Positions 1 through 9,469 of a stretch of 64,000 nt of DNA are shown piece by piece. The notes under the pieces are model-generated. The model saw only the letters and a list, made by a program, of their open reading frames with translations, searched no databases and had not been told where the DNA came from. Position numbers and translations under genes: made by a program. This DNA comes from Syntrophales bacterium (GTDB lineage: Bacteria; Desulfobacterota; Syntrophia; Syntrophales; UBA2210), in NCBI GenBank assembly GCA_963662405.2, contig CAXXKT010000001.1, positions 2,656,001 to 2,720,000 of the forward strand, read 5' to 3'. Position 1 is the stretch's first letter. The number at the start of each line of letters is the position of its first letter.

Positions 1-466
1 GTTCGGTGATTTTTGCGACCTCGGTCTCGGCATCGAAGCCGTCTTCCCGCGGTTCGGTCTCTTCCGCCCTCGGCATGATCTCCGCGATCTCTTCCGCGTC
101 GAACCCGGTGAGGCTGACGTCGATCTCCACGGCCTCGAGTTCGACAAGCAGATCGCGGAGCCGGTCGAGGTCCCATTCGCCGCTGATCTTGTTGAGGGCG
201 ATATTGAGCGCCTTCTCCTTCTCTTCGGGAAGATCGACAATGGAGACTTCGGCCTCTGTCCAGCCGAGGTCCCGCATGACGGTCAGGCGCTGATGACCGC
301 CGACGAGGCGCCCGGTCCGCACGTTCCAGATCAGGGGATCCACACAGCCGAACTCTTCCAGGGAACGGCGGAGCTTCTCGTATTCCCGGTCACCGCTGCT
401 CAATGCCTTACGCGGGTTGTAGTCCGCCGCTGTCAGATCGCTCAGTTTCATGGTACTGAATCTCAT
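1..466 (-). CDS. ParB/Srx-like N-terminal domain protein, probably a phage DNA methylase; partial, runs off the window
   Basis: Absent from the ORF track; translated by hand from ATG 466 (RBS GGGAG): MRFSTMKLSDLTAADYNPRKAL...SLEEFGCVDPLIWN...LVGGHQRL...EKALNIALNKISGEWD. Confidence 0.85.
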   Translation of the reverse strand, partial: MRFSTMKLSDLTAADYNPRKALSSGDREYEKLRRSLEEFGCVDPLIWNVRTGRLVGGHQRLTVMRDLGWTEAEVSIVDLPEEKEKALNIALNKISGEWDLDRLRDLLVELEAVEIDVSLTGFDAEEIAEIMPRAEETEPREDGFDAETEVAKITE

Positions 467-475
467 GGTGTCTCC

Positions 476-913
476 CTATTCCCCATCTTTCGGTATCGCC
501 CTCATCTTTCCCAGGGCGCGGAACTTGATATCCCACAGTCTCACCGTCTCGGGACTGATCCTCAAAATACCGGCAATCTCCCGGGAGGAAATCCCGAAAT
601 GCAAAAAGACGGCAAGGAGGAGGACTTCGCTGTAGGTCATGTGACACCCGGCCAGGAAGGACCCCGTGAGGGCCGTGAAAAACTTCCCGCACCACCGGCA
701 GCAGACCCTCCTCCCTTCCCAGAATCTCTGCAACGCCTTTCCCTCCATCTCGCCCCGGCACTCCGGGCAGCGGACGGGTCCTCTCCCGTGGATCGTCCCG
801 AGGATCCATGCCCTGCAGGCGTTCTCATCCAAAAACCCCGCACGGAAGGATGCCGCCGCGTCATGAGGTACAAACACGTTGCGTCCGGTATTGTCTTCTT
901 TTCTTGCCTTCAT
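476..913 (-). CDS. Zn-ribbon + HTH protein resembling the N-terminal part of IS1595-family transposases (no DDE domain)
   Basis: CPEC...CRWCGKFFTALTGSFL...GISSREIAGILRISPETVRLW; 145 aa. Confidence 0.6.
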   Translation of the reverse strand: MKARKEDNTGRNVFVPHDAAASFRAGFLDENACRAWILGTIHGRGPVRCPECRGEMEGKALQRFWEGRRVCCRWCGKFFTALTGSFLAGCHMTYSEVLLLAVFLHFGISSREIAGILRISPETVRLWDIKFRALGKMRAIPKDGE

Positions 914-954
914 TTTGATGAGTTCCGTTTTTCCATGCAGTTTTTATTCAACAA

Positions 955-1013
955 GTAGTGAAGAGCCGGGGTGCTCCGTCTCCGTACCCGAAAAATCCCT
1001 CAGGAAGGACCCG
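955..1013 (-). other. Lambda-like cos site (cosQ + cosN-like) of prophage A
   Basis: Minus strand GGGTCCT-N19-TACG-GAGACGGAGCAC; lambda has GGGTCCT-N19-TACG-GGGCGGCGACCT; lies just upstream of the packaging-region genes. Confidence 0.65.
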
Positions 1014-1362
1014 CTCGAGGGTCTCCTGTTCTGATGAAGGGAAGGAGATCGCCACGGGAGATGAGTTCGTTCAGATCGTCACGGGCTTCCTCCAGGAGAT
1101 CGCAGAGATTCTGGGCGGCGGTCCATCGCGCGGTGCCGGCGTCGTCCCCGGTCATGGCCGGTTCGAAGTGGAGGCGGAAGCCGTTCTCCTCCCGGTAGAT
1201 GGAAAATCCTCCGTCCCGGTTCATCTGCAGGTACTCCGCCAGTCTCATCACCGCCGGCCGGTGCATCCAGGGTGAGGGATATGCGTTTGTCCGAGATCCT
1301 CTTGTTTGTGATCCTTCTTTTTCCTTCTGTGACTGGTACTTTTTGAAGTCGATTATCGGCAT
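1000..1362 (-). CDS. Hypothetical phage protein (120 aa)
   Basis: RBS GGAGG before ATG 1362 (MPIIDFKKY...); the longer track ORF crosses the repeat/origin region. Confidence 0.6.
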   Translation of the reverse strand: MPIIDFKKYQSQKEKEGSQTRGSRTNAYPSPWMHRPAVMRLAEYLQMNRDGGFSIYREENGFRLHFEPAMTGDDAGTARWTAAQNLCDLLEEARDDLNELISRGDLLPFIRTGDPRAGPS

Positions 1363-1433
1363 GATTTCCTCCATAAACCGGCAAATCCGGGCTGCAGTCG
1401 TTAAAACGCTTTGATATCGCTTGAGTATTCGGG

Positions 1434-1748
1434 TGGTCCAGGCTGGAAACGGCGAAACGGATTGATATTGTTTGATTATTCGGAAGTGGTCCAAAAGTGG
1501 TCCAAAAATGGTCCAACTTAACTTTTTGATTTTATTGACTGGTCCAAGTGGTCCAAGTACTTTTCTATAAAATAGATTTATAAAATTGTAAGAAGTGTTC
1601 TCAACGCGCGCGCGCGCGTGCGCGCGCATGTGCAATATTTCAAAAAAGCTTGGACCACTTGGACCACTTGGACCGGGCCGCGAAATCATTACGGTTTTTT
1701 CGGGGGTCAGGTTGGACCAGCTTGGACCACCTGGACCACCCTGAACCA
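1434..1748. repeat. Putative prophage replication origin: inverted clusters of TGGTCCA/TGGACCA iterons around an AT-rich and (CG)n core
   Basis: TGGTCCA at 1434, 1487, 1498, 1509, 1540, 1549; TGGACC(A/G) at 1651, 1660, 1669, 1713, 1723, 1732; AT-rich 1560-1595; alternating Pu/Py 1604-1634. Confidence 0.7.
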
Positions 1749-1904
1749 TTTTCGCGGATGTTTTGATGCATGGCCGCCTCGCAGAACGGGGGGATAAGGG
1801 GAACAATGGTGATTTGGTACCACACCGGAGTGAGAGATTCAAATGCTTTCTCATGCTCTTGCTCATGCTTATGTTCATACTCATTCTCATGCTCTTGCCC
1901 GTGC

Positions 1905-4331
1905 TCATGTCTTCACCTTCAGTCCCACGCCGCGGATCATGCGCTTCCGTTCAGCTGATTTTCGGGGACGGTAGATCCGGATGTTGTTCACGGCGTTCTC
2001 GAGCTCGCGGAAGAAGTTGTTGTTCGAGGTCGGCATGTACCCGTTCATCCCGCAGTACTGCCGGTACCGGCTGTAGATCTCGTCCTTGGCCACTTCCTGT
2101 TCATTGCCGGTGACGCACTCGTCCTCGACGAAGGAGAGGATCGGACTGTTCGATCTGCGGTATGACATGATGAGGGCACGGGTCTCCTCGCAGTCGGTGA
2201 ACCGGCCCTTCTCCATCAGTCTCCTGAGCCCGCAGAGCGCCCAGTAGAAGATCTCCGACAGCTCTTCTTTGAGCTTGTCGAAGAGGTAGGGATCCCGTTC
2301 GGGATCCCCCTCGAGGAACTGCCGCTTGAATCTGACCGGCAGGAATCGTTCGTACAGCGCATCGGAGGTATCCTTGATGCGGGGCAGGATGTTCCCGGCG
2401 AATATCAGCTTGCAGTACGGGGCGAACTCGAAGTTGTCCCGGTGCTTGAAGGCGGCCTGGATGGGATCGCCGCTGGTGATCGCCTTGAAGTAGCTGCTCT
2501 CGATCGCCTGGCTCCCGATCTCCGTGGAGATGTTCAGGAGCTTGTTGTAGAGCGACGACCGGGGGAACTCACGCTCCAGGTCCGGGAAGGAGACGGCGGA
2601 GCAGTTCCTCCCGCCCACCATCTCCCTGAGGAGCTTCATGAGCGTCGACTTCCCGTCCCGCCCTGGGCCGTACAGGAAGAGGCACTTCTCGTAGCGTGCA
2701 TGGCGCGTCAGGATGTAGCCGGCGAACTCCTGGACCTGGTCGATAACCGCCGGCGTCCTGACGGTTGCGTCGAGATACGACAGAAACCGGTCGCACCGTT
2801 TCGGGGATGCCGGATCCAGGGACACGGGGAAGATGGTGGTGAAGTAGTAGTCCGGATCGTGTTCCTTCATGTCGAAGGTGGTGATGTTCAGCATGCCGTT
2901 CTGCAGGCAGATCCAGTCCATCCGGTCGTTGACCTTCCGGCCGTGGGGCAGCGTGCAGAGCTTCCGCACCTGGTAGACGGCGTCCTCGACCCGGGCCTTC
3001 TGTGATTCGGTGGCCAGGTGCCGTATGGCGGCGTTCTTCAGGTGGTCCTCGTCGAACTCCTCCCAGTACTTCCCGTTCCAGAGATAGATCAGCCCCGATG
3101 CCGGGTCGGACATGAGCCGGTACTCCGCAAGGAGCCGCTCCGCCAGGAGACGGGCCTTGAAGGAATAGCGGTGGTTGACGCCGTGTTCGAAGAACTCTTT
3201 CACAGACTCAAGATCGCCCGGGGGAGGATGCTCACTGTCAGATGTGGTCGACGTCGTTCCCAACGTCTCGAACCGCGGTTTCTCCGCCGATTCGACCAAT
3301 ATCCTGAAGTCGTCTGTTGTCTTCTGATGCCGGACGAAGAAGTCCGTCAGGTCCTGGCCGTGATCGGCCGGAAAGCCACCCTGTTCGTCTTTTCCCATGA
3401 AGCCGGGCCATTGTATGGCCCGTACCGACCTGGCCGTGCCGGCGAGCGCCTGGGCGGCGTACCGGGCGTACTTCTGTCCCGGGCGGTCGGCGTCGTAGGC
3501 GATGACCACGTCCCGATCCCTGAAGGCGTCCAGCTGGTCGTCGGGGAACGTCTTGAGCTTTGTTGTCTGGGTAATGGCGTTGAAACCGTGCGACAGGGCG
3601 CAGATCGTGTCGCTTTCCCCCTCGCACAGAATGACCGTGTCATCGGGGTGCAGGGGGCGTGCCGGGAAGAGGCGCGACCGGCCGGTGGACCGGGCGAAGG
3701 AGATGATCTTGTAGCGCTTCGCCCCCGGACGGTAGAGCCTGATGTTGACCAGGGCGCCCTCGCGGTCCCTTACGGGGACGGCCAGCCGGTCCGGTGCCTT
3801 GATGGCCACCAGTGCGCCCTTCTTCGACAGGTAGTGCGTCTGGAGGCGGAGGTCGAGGATCTCCATCCACTTCCTTGACCATCCCCGTTCCTTCTCCATG
3901 CGGACCAGGAGATTCTCCGGAAGGGCAGTGAAGAGCTCCAGGGCGCGCTCCATCTGTTCATTGACTACTGCAGGATCGAGGGGAGGTGTCTCTTTCTCCG
4001 ATCGTTCCGATTCGATGTTCTTTCCTTTCCCTGCTCCTCCGGAGGAATCGATCGGGATGTCGTGGGCCTTGCAGAACGCCCTGAATCCTTCCTTCTGGCC
4101 GTAACCCTTCACCTCGGACCACAGCCTGATCAGGTCGCCGTCGGCGTTGCAGGAGAGGCACTTATAGACGTCTTTCTTGAAGTTGTAGGAGAATGACGGG
4201 TTCTTCTCGCCGTGGAGGGGACAGAGGCCGTGCAGTTCGCCCTTGGCCTCGTCGACGCTCGTGACGGTGAACAGCGTCCTTGCAATCTCCGCCCGGCGGG
4301 CTTCTCCCAGGTATTTTGCGGCAAGACCCAC
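1905..4331 (-). CDS. Phage DNA primase-helicase, P4/D5 family (CHC2 Zn finger, TOPRIM, SF3 helicase)
   Basis: CPLHGEKNPS...CLSC; LCEGESD...IAYDAD (TOPRIM); LYGPGRDGKST Walker A. Confidence 0.92.
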   Translation of the reverse strand: MGLAAKYLGEARRAEIARTLFTVTSVDEAKGELHGLCPLHGEKNPSFSYNFKKDVYKCLSCNADGDLIRLWSEVKGYGQKEGFRAFCKAHDIPIDSSGGAGKGKNIESERSEKETPPLDPAVVNEQMERALELFTALPENLLVRMEKERGWSRKWMEILDLRLQTHYLSKKGALVAIKAPDRLAVPVRDREGALVNIRLYRPGAKRYKIISFARSTGRSRLFPARPLHPDDTVILCEGESDTICALSHGFNAITQTTKLKTFPDDQLDAFRDRDVVIAYDADRPGQKYARYAAQALAGTARSVRAIQWPGFMGKDEQGGFPADHGQDLTDFFVRHQKTTDDFRILVESAEKPRFETLGTTSTTSDSEHPPPGDLESVKEFFEHGVNHRYSFKARLLAERLLAEYRLMSDPASGLIYLWNGKYWEEFDEDHLKNAAIRHLATESQKARVEDAVYQVRKLCTLPHGRKVNDRMDWICLQNGMLNITTFDMKEHDPDYYFTTIFPVSLDPASPKRCDRFLSYLDATVRTPAVIDQVQEFAGYILTRHARYEKCLFLYGPGRDGKSTLMKLLREMVGGRNCSAVSFPDLEREFPRSSLYNKLLNISTEIGSQAIESSYFKAITSGDPIQAAFKHRDNFEFAPYCKLIFAGNILPRIKDTSDALYERFLPVRFKRQFLEGDPERDPYLFDKLKEELSEIFYWALCGLRRLMEKGRFTDCEETRALIMSYRRSNSPILSFVEDECVTGNEQEVAKDEIYSRYRQYCGMNGYMPTSNNNFFRELENAVNNIRIYRPRKSAERKRMIRGVGLKVKT

Positions 4332-4560
4332 TATAAAACCCCTTTTTCTCCTCCTGGAACAGCCCGAGTTCCCGCAGTCTTACCTTTTCCCTCAGAATCG
4401 GGGAAAATCGAAAATTGACGCTGAAACCGCCCCCCAACAACCACTTTCAAGGGTTTCCTCGCAAGGGACGCCCCTTTACTTGTCCCACAAGGGAGGGATT
4501 CTTTCCCATACGATATGAATGGACCGGACAGGTTTCGATGAGACTCTTCAGCAGCGCGAA

Positions 4561-5781
4561 TCATAAAGACAATACCTCCTGCGCAAGGCGCTTTGTACCC
4601 ATGTCGATGTACTCATCTTTCAATTCGATCATGACGGCTTTTCTCCCCAACTCCTTTGCCACATACGCCGTTGTCATCGATCCGCCGAACGGGTCAAGGA
4701 TCACATCACCAGGCATGCTACCGGCTAGGATACATGGTTTGACAAGATCCGGAGGAAATGTTGCGAAGTGGGCTTCCTTATATGGCTGCGGGTTGATGAT
4801 AAAGGCCAATGGATCACCGTCATCGTCCGTCAAAAGACCCTGCCATGATTCGAAGAACCAATCAGTGTTGCGTCTAGCCCGGAGAGTAACAACATCCTTT
4901 ACCGCCGCCGAGAATGACGTGTTCTGTTTGTTCCTCCAGCCCGGTCCACGACCGAATTTAGATGACGTTCCGAGCTCCTGTTCTTTCCGGCCCGTATCTT
5001 TTGTCACATTGTGATCTATTGCCCTGTGAGATCCCGGGCCATTCATCCAACCGGAGACGGGCTTTTGAGCCTTCGGGTTGACGCCGGGCGGTACCATATG
5101 CTCGAAGGATCGAGCGATTGTCTGTCCACCGGGACCGCCATCAGCATACTTGTGGTGATCTGATCTTCCTCGCCGCCCATACCGTGCGTGTGAATATGGT
5201 GATGCCATGATCTTTACCGATTCATGGTCGTAGAAGTATCGAGAGGACTTCGACAGGAGAAATATATATTCTATAAATTGAGCTGGTCTATCTTTACAGG
5301 ATTCAGGCATCCCGTTTCTCTTCAGCCAGGGGCAGCACGAGCGTAACCACCAACCGTCTGCCTGGAGGGCCATCGCGACGCGGAAAGGTATCATGCATAG
5401 GTCTTTGGGCTTGAGTCCCAAAACACGATAATCTGATCGCGGGATGAGGGCATTATCTCTGCGACGTGATTGTGTGGTTGATCGCGCTCCTCCTCGTGCA
5501 TCGTTCCTGTTGCCGGCATACAAATCCCCCATATTCAGCCACAACGTGCCGTCTTTGTTCAAAACCCGGCGGACTTCACGGAAGATAGTCACTATCTTCT
5601 CAACATACTCTTGGGGTGTCTTTTCGAGGCCGATCTGACCCGCGACACCATAATCACGCAGTCCCCAGTACGGAGGCGAGGTTACGCAACACTGTACATA
5701 TTCGTCCGGGAGGCTCCGGAGGACTTTGAGCGCGTCACCGTGATAGATCGTTATCCCTGCGTGGTCATAATAAGGCGTCAT
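4561..5781 (-). CDS. Site-specific DNA methyltransferase (N4-C/N6-A, beta class)
   Basis: VTSPPYW catalytic motif, HFATFP, ILDPFGGS SAM motif; start at ATG 5781 after RBS. Confidence 0.9.
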   Translation of the reverse strand: MTPYYDHAGITIYHGDALKVLRSLPDEYVQCCVTSPPYWGLRDYGVAGQIGLEKTPQEYVEKIVTIFREVRRVLNKDGTLWLNMGDLYAGNRNDARGGARSTTQSRRRDNALIPRSDYRVLGLKPKDLCMIPFRVAMALQADGWWLRSCCPWLKRNGMPESCKDRPAQFIEYIFLLSKSSRYFYDHESVKIMASPYSHARYGRRGRSDHHKYADGGPGGQTIARSFEHMVPPGVNPKAQKPVSGWMNGPGSHRAIDHNVTKDTGRKEQELGTSSKFGRGPGWRNKQNTSFSAAVKDVVTLRARRNTDWFFESWQGLLTDDDGDPLAFIINPQPYKEAHFATFPPDLVKPCILAGSMPGDVILDPFGGSMTTAYVAKELGRKAVMIELKDEYIDMGTKRLAQEVLSL

Positions 5782-5788
5782 TCCCTCT

Positions 5789-6082
5789 TCAACCTCCCTC
5801 ACACATCGACAAGGGGAGCAATTCAACCGACATGATCACCCATCCAACTCTCAGCCCGTACGCCGGGCCGGGCAGGATAAAGATGATCCGCACAAGCATC
5901 TTCCGCCCGGTATATTCCAGTGGCTTTCCTTCTTTCATTTCCGCGCCGGTATACTTTGTCTCCCGCAGGAGGATCAAATCGCCCGCCTGATAATCCCGAT
6001 CGTTGTACCGGATCTCCCACTCCCTCAATCCCCGGTATGATGCCTCAAACATCTCCGGGTCCGTCTTTAATTCGTGCTTCAC
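5789..6082 (-). CDS. DUF3850/ASCH-like phage protein
   Basis: MKHELK...EIRYNDRDYQAGD.I.L.E...YTGR...GWVIMS. Confidence 0.8.
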   Translation of the reverse strand: MKHELKTDPEMFEASYRGLREWEIRYNDRDYQAGDLILLRETKYTGAEMKEGKPLEYTGRKMLVRIIFILPGPAYGLRVGWVIMSVELLPLSMCEGG

Positions 6083-6515
6083 TGTTTTGCTCCTTCATTC
6101 CTCCCGAATCATTACGATCGAGATTCTGCAGGCCAAATATGAGCAGTGGAATATCTCTCCGGTGTATCGCTCCATGGGTTTGGGTATGCAGAAAGTTGAT
6201 GTTAATGATGTCACTGCCGTCCTGTTGCAGTATCGCGAGGCGTATCTTCTCATGCATGTCCGTCCGGGACTCCTTGTCGGGGAAACGTACTATGTGACCG
6301 TTCGCGGGATCGGGGGGTGAAACATCCATGCCGGCAACAATGCGGTCGAACTCCTCGCGCAAGCGTTGTTCCATTTCCCTTCGGTGGTCCGGAGGGCCGA
6401 TGCGAACCAGTATCAATTCATCCGGAGGCTCTTTCATGGGTACCTGTGTTCCTTTCCCGCAAGCGGCATTGTCCCGGCCGTCTGATCCCGCATCTTTTTC
6501 CCGTCTCATCACCAC
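6045..6515 (-). CDS. Hypothetical phage protein
   Basis: ORF packed in the early operon; start uncertain. Confidence 0.5.
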   Translation of the reverse strand: MVMRREKDAGSDGRDNAACGKGTQVPMKEPPDELILVRIGPPDHRREMEQRLREEFDRIVAGMDVSPPDPANGHIVRFPDKESRTDMHEKIRLAILQQDGSDIININFLHTQTHGAIHRRDIPLLIFGLQNLDRNDSGGMKEQNSEARIKDGPGDV

Positions 6516-6517
6516 TC

Positions 6518-6901
6518 CTACCTCCCCAAAAACATAACTTCGCGGGTTTGATTTCCGAAGGACCTGGCCTCTTCAACGGTACCCATAAAGACATCAACTC
6601 TCTCCTGGAACCTTTTGTTCATCAAATCATTGACCCTCCGGACACCAACACCGTCGATATAAACCCGTCCGCCAAGCCAGTGCATCAGATCCCGGGACAC
6701 GGCGCAGGTCCACCCGGCCACCGGGTCCTCCATGGTGGCGGTGTGTCCCGGATCGCTGTTCGTCTCGCATTGCCGGTTTGTGTATGCCGTGACCGTGGCG
6801 GTGATCTCCTCGGTGGCGGAACCCCCCTTCACCTGGTGTATGACGTACACCTGGGAGGCTGCCAGGATCGCAATGAACAGGATGTTCCAGAAGAGTTTCA
6901 T
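6518..6901 (-). CDS. 3D-domain protein with N-terminal signal/TM
   Basis: ATVTAYT...TAT...CAVSRD...VYIDGVG...VND...VDVFM. Confidence 0.75.
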   Translation of the reverse strand: MKLFWNILFIAILAASQVYVIHQVKGGSATEEITATVTAYTNRQCETNSDPGHTATMEDPVAGWTCAVSRDLMHWLGGRVYIDGVGVRRVNDLMNKRFQERVDVFMGTVEEARSFGNQTREVMFLGR

Positions 6902-6952
6902 AGATCGTCAACCTGCCGTGCAATAAGTCTTCGTTGTCCGTGCTAGCGGCTG

Positions 6953-7162
6953 TCATGGCGCATAAGCAATATTCCATGTCGGATGATACAATCGTGACGC
7001 CTTTTCCCCGTCAATCCGTATGCGAAGATAGGGGCCGCGTGTTCCGGTGATAACGCCGTGCCTGCCTTCACAGTTCACTCTCCCGCCACGTTTGGCGGGG
7101 ACGCCATAGGCTTTCCTGATATAATCCATGCTCACCGTGTCCCCTCCGATATAGCCGCACAC
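6953..7162 (-). CDS. Small conserved-type phage protein
   Basis: SMDYIRKAYGVPAKRGGRV...YHPTW. Confidence 0.6.
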   Translation of the reverse strand: MCGYIGGDTVSMDYIRKAYGVPAKRGGRVNCEGRHGVITGTRGPYLRIRIDGEKASRLYHPTWNIAYAP

Positions 7163-7569
7163 CCTTTCCCCGTCTTGAAAATGATGTCCTGCAACCCTGA
7201 CTCGAGGATGGTGATCGCCTCGCTTTCGATCATACGGCAGTTTATGCCTGCCGCCGTTTCCAAGGCCTTATAGATCTCAATATCCGGGCCCTGGAAAACG
7301 ATGGTGATCTTTTTCCCGTCTCGGGCTTCTCTTATGGCTTCCTGGGCCTCGCTTGCCGCCCGTTCGGCTCTCTTGCTTTGAATTTCATCACATCGATCTT
7401 CGATGTCCTTACGCTCCTTGGCCAGGATCCGCTCTCGGACTTTCGCCAACGCCTTTTGTCGTTCCTCGTCTTCGAGGCCCCTTGCAGCCTGGTAGCACGT
7501 GCCGCACAGTCCCTTGGCCATGATCTTGATGTCTTTCCGCCCGCAATTCTCACACGTCCCTGTCTTCAT
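7132..7569 (-). CDS. Hypothetical phage protein with Zn finger
   Basis: CENC...GLCGTCY; RBS present. Confidence 0.6.
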   Translation of the reverse strand: MKTGTCENCGRKDIKIMAKGLCGTCYQAARGLEDEERQKALAKVRERILAKERKDIEDRCDEIQSKRAERAASEAQEAIREARDGKKITIVFQGPDIEIYKALETAAGINCRMIESEAITILESGLQDIIFKTGKGCAAISEGTR

Positions 7570-7593
7570 GGCGTCCTTCCCCCTTTTTCTCCT

Positions 7594-7815
7594 TCACCCT
7601 CCACGGCAAATCGCGGTCCGGCCATGCTGTTTGGCCTCGATCCCAGATGCTTCCGACATGCCGCTTACCGCCGCGGCCAAATGGCTCTCCGATCTCCGCA
7701 AGTGGTCAAGGACCTGCTCATCGGGGTCGTGTCCGTCCCTCTCTCTATCGTTGATTCTCAACACCGCACGGCTGAGTTCCATCTGTGCACATCCCAGCTC
7801 TTCTCTCCAATGCAT
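7594..7815 (-). CDS. Hypothetical phage protein
   Basis: ORF with RBS in operon. Confidence 0.5.
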   Translation of the reverse strand: MHWREELGCAQMELSRAVLRINDRERDGHDPDEQVLDHLRRSESHLAAAVSGMSEASGIEAKQHGRTAICRGG

Positions 7816-7839
7816 TGCCTGGTCCCCTTGCTGTGTTAA

Positions 7840-8124
7840 TTATTTCTTCACCTCTGCATTCTCCCTTTCCAACAGTGGAAGATCCCGAGGGGAAAATGAT
7901 GTTTTGTGCAATCTCCCTAATGCATCAACGTAGTCACACATCAATACAGGCTCTTGCACAAATCCGACTTCAACACTGCCGATGATGGTAGAGTGCCCGG
8001 TAACCATCATAGTGATGCCAAGGTACGTGAAGGATTCTCCCCGCTTCCTGAATGCTTCGAGCCTCTTGATTGCCTCTTCTTGCCAATTCGGTTTTTGTTC
8101 AGCTTTCTTCCTTTTCAACCACAT
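7840..8124 (-). CDS. Hypothetical phage protein
   Basis: ORF with RBS GAGGAG in operon. Confidence 0.55.
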   Translation of the reverse strand: MWLKRKKAEQKPNWQEEAIKRLEAFRKRGESFTYLGITMMVTGHSTIIGSVEVGFVQEPVLMCDYVDALGRLHKTSFSPRDLPLLERENAEVKK

Positions 8125-8209
8125 ACTGTTACTATTCTCCTCGCCGTGTCGTGATCCTCTGTATGTTCTGTGTCCCCAACCATTCTTCTCGCAGATGGTC
8201 CCGCTCTCC

Positions 8210-8353
8210 CTAGAGGATATAAAGCAGCACCAGGAACGCCCCCATCAGCATCACCAAACTGGCGACGCATCCGAGCATGCGCCGCCAGTTGTTTCGTGGA
8301 TCCGGCATTTCCAGCTTCACAAAATAGCCTGATACCTTCGCAATGACTTCCAT
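8210..8353 (-). CDS. Small membrane protein (47 aa)
   Basis: Absent from the track; RBS GGGAGACACC-ATG; MEVIAKVSGYFVKLEMPDPRNNWRRMLGCVASLVMLMGAFLVLLYIL. Confidence 0.55.
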   Translation of the reverse strand: MEVIAKVSGYFVKLEMPDPRNNWRRMLGCVASLVMLMGAFLVLLYIL

Positions 8354-8367
8354 GGTGTCTCCCTTTC

Positions 8368-8565
8368 TCATGTGTAGAGCTCACGCCGGGGAATCCCGTT
8401 GTCCGCGTCAAACTTCCCCTGATCCCAGGCCAGCGACATTTCCGGGGAGGAAAACAGGGTGAAATGACAATTCCCCTGGTTCGGGCCCTGCTTTCCGCAA
8501 TCGTATCCCGCGTTGTATGCTTCCTCCAGGGTCCGGCGTTTCAGTATGATTTCTGAGAGTGGCAT
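8368..8565 (-). CDS. Hypothetical phage protein
   Basis: Overlaps the stop of the upstream ORF; AYNAGYDCG motif. Confidence 0.55.
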   Translation of the reverse strand: MPLSEIILKRRTLEEAYNAGYDCGKQGPNQGNCHFTLFSSPEMSLAWDQGKFDADNGIPRRELYT

Positions 8566-8786
8566 TATCGTCCTCTTCCTTCCGGGATGGTCCCGCCGTT
8601 TCGGAAAAAATCCTCAAGCGGCTTGGCATTCCCACGGAGCGCATCCCGTAAACATCGGTCATAGGTCCGGGCGTTATCGTCCGGCGTTCCGAGAAGCTGA
8701 ACCCGTCCCTGCTTGACCGCGTCGATTATCGGCTTCCAGGTTTTGATCATGTTCTCAAGATGTGCTATCCGCTGTTCCAGGGTCAT
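8565..8786 (-). CDS. Hypothetical phage protein
   Basis: ORF in operon. Confidence 0.55.
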   Translation of the reverse strand: MTLEQRIAHLENMIKTWKPIIDAVKQGRVQLLGTPDDNARTYDRCLRDALRGNAKPLEDFFRNGGTIPEGRGR

Positions 8787-8835
8787 AATTTTTTACGGGA
8801 AAAACAATTTTTATAATTAATGAAAATCGTTAAAA

Positions 8836-9117
8836 TTATTTTATGACCTTTCCGTCACCATTGCCGTTCCGTTTTGCCCTCTCGCGATTCCATAGGTCCG
8901 TAATAAATGAAAGAGTGTCTTCGTATCCTGCCAAATCTTTTCTTGAGATGATTCCCACCTCGGCAACGTCAAGGATTTTTTGAAGCACAGTAATATTGAT
9001 TGTTCCCTGCCCGCTCCTGAAACGAGAAAGGGTGGAGCTGTCTACTTCGACCATATCTGCCAATGTTCCTTGTCCGTGCTCATTGACTAATTTCTCAATC
9101 AATTCGACAAACTGCAT
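8836..9117 (-). CDS. XRE-type HTH regulator (CII-like position)
   Basis: QGTLADMVEVDSSTLSRFRSG HTH; RBS GGAGGGG before ATG 9117. Confidence 0.65.
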   Translation of the reverse strand: MQFVELIEKLVNEHGQGTLADMVEVDSSTLSRFRSGQGTINITVLQKILDVAEVGIISRKDLAGYEDTLSFITDLWNRERAKRNGNGDGKVIK

Positions 9118-9143
9118 CCTATTCCCCCTCCTCTCAATTGATT

Positions 9144-9416
9144 TCAAATCGTCTCAAAATTATTTGTTTTCATTTGAACAGACGTTTTTGTATTTCTGTA
9201 CTCAAAAAGAGAGCCCACAGGTTGGCCGGTCCGCTTGGCTATAAGATCCTCGACCTTGGATGATCGTTTCCGGCCTGCTATTACATCACAGACGTATTGA
9301 TCTTTGATTCGCAGCTCTTGGGCAATTTCGGCTTGGAGTACATCAGCCGTGAGAAGTGCACCTTTTACCCGTTTTCGTTGACCGTTTTTGTTTTTGAGTG
9401 TAGTATTACCCACCAT
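9144..9416 (-). CDS. Cro-like HTH regulator
   Basis: QAEIAQELRIKDQYVCDVIAGRKRS; first gene of the leftward operon, divergent from 9470. Confidence 0.65.
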   Translation of the reverse strand: MVGNTTLKNKNGQRKRVKGALLTADVLQAEIAQELRIKDQYVCDVIAGRKRSSKVEDLIAKRTGQPVGSLFEYRNTKTSVQMKTNNFETI

Positions 9417-9450
9417 TAGGAACCCCCTTCCTTGTGTGGTATGGGTAAAA

Positions 9451-9467
9451 CTAAACTATAGGTTTAG
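9451..9467. promoter_or_regulatory. Palindromic operator candidate in the lysogeny switch
   Basis: CTAAAC-TATAG-GTTTAG between the divergent HTH genes. Confidence 0.45.
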
Positions 9468-9469
9468 GT

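Noticed and set aside
654..665. Second cosQ-like GGGTCCTTCCTG
   Set aside because: Lies inside a CDS (codons for GSFL) with no TACG/cosN at the right spacing
1000..1908. 302-aa ORF as one protein
   Set aside because: The N-terminal part is low-complexity translation of the iteron region; a good RBS supports a start at 1362
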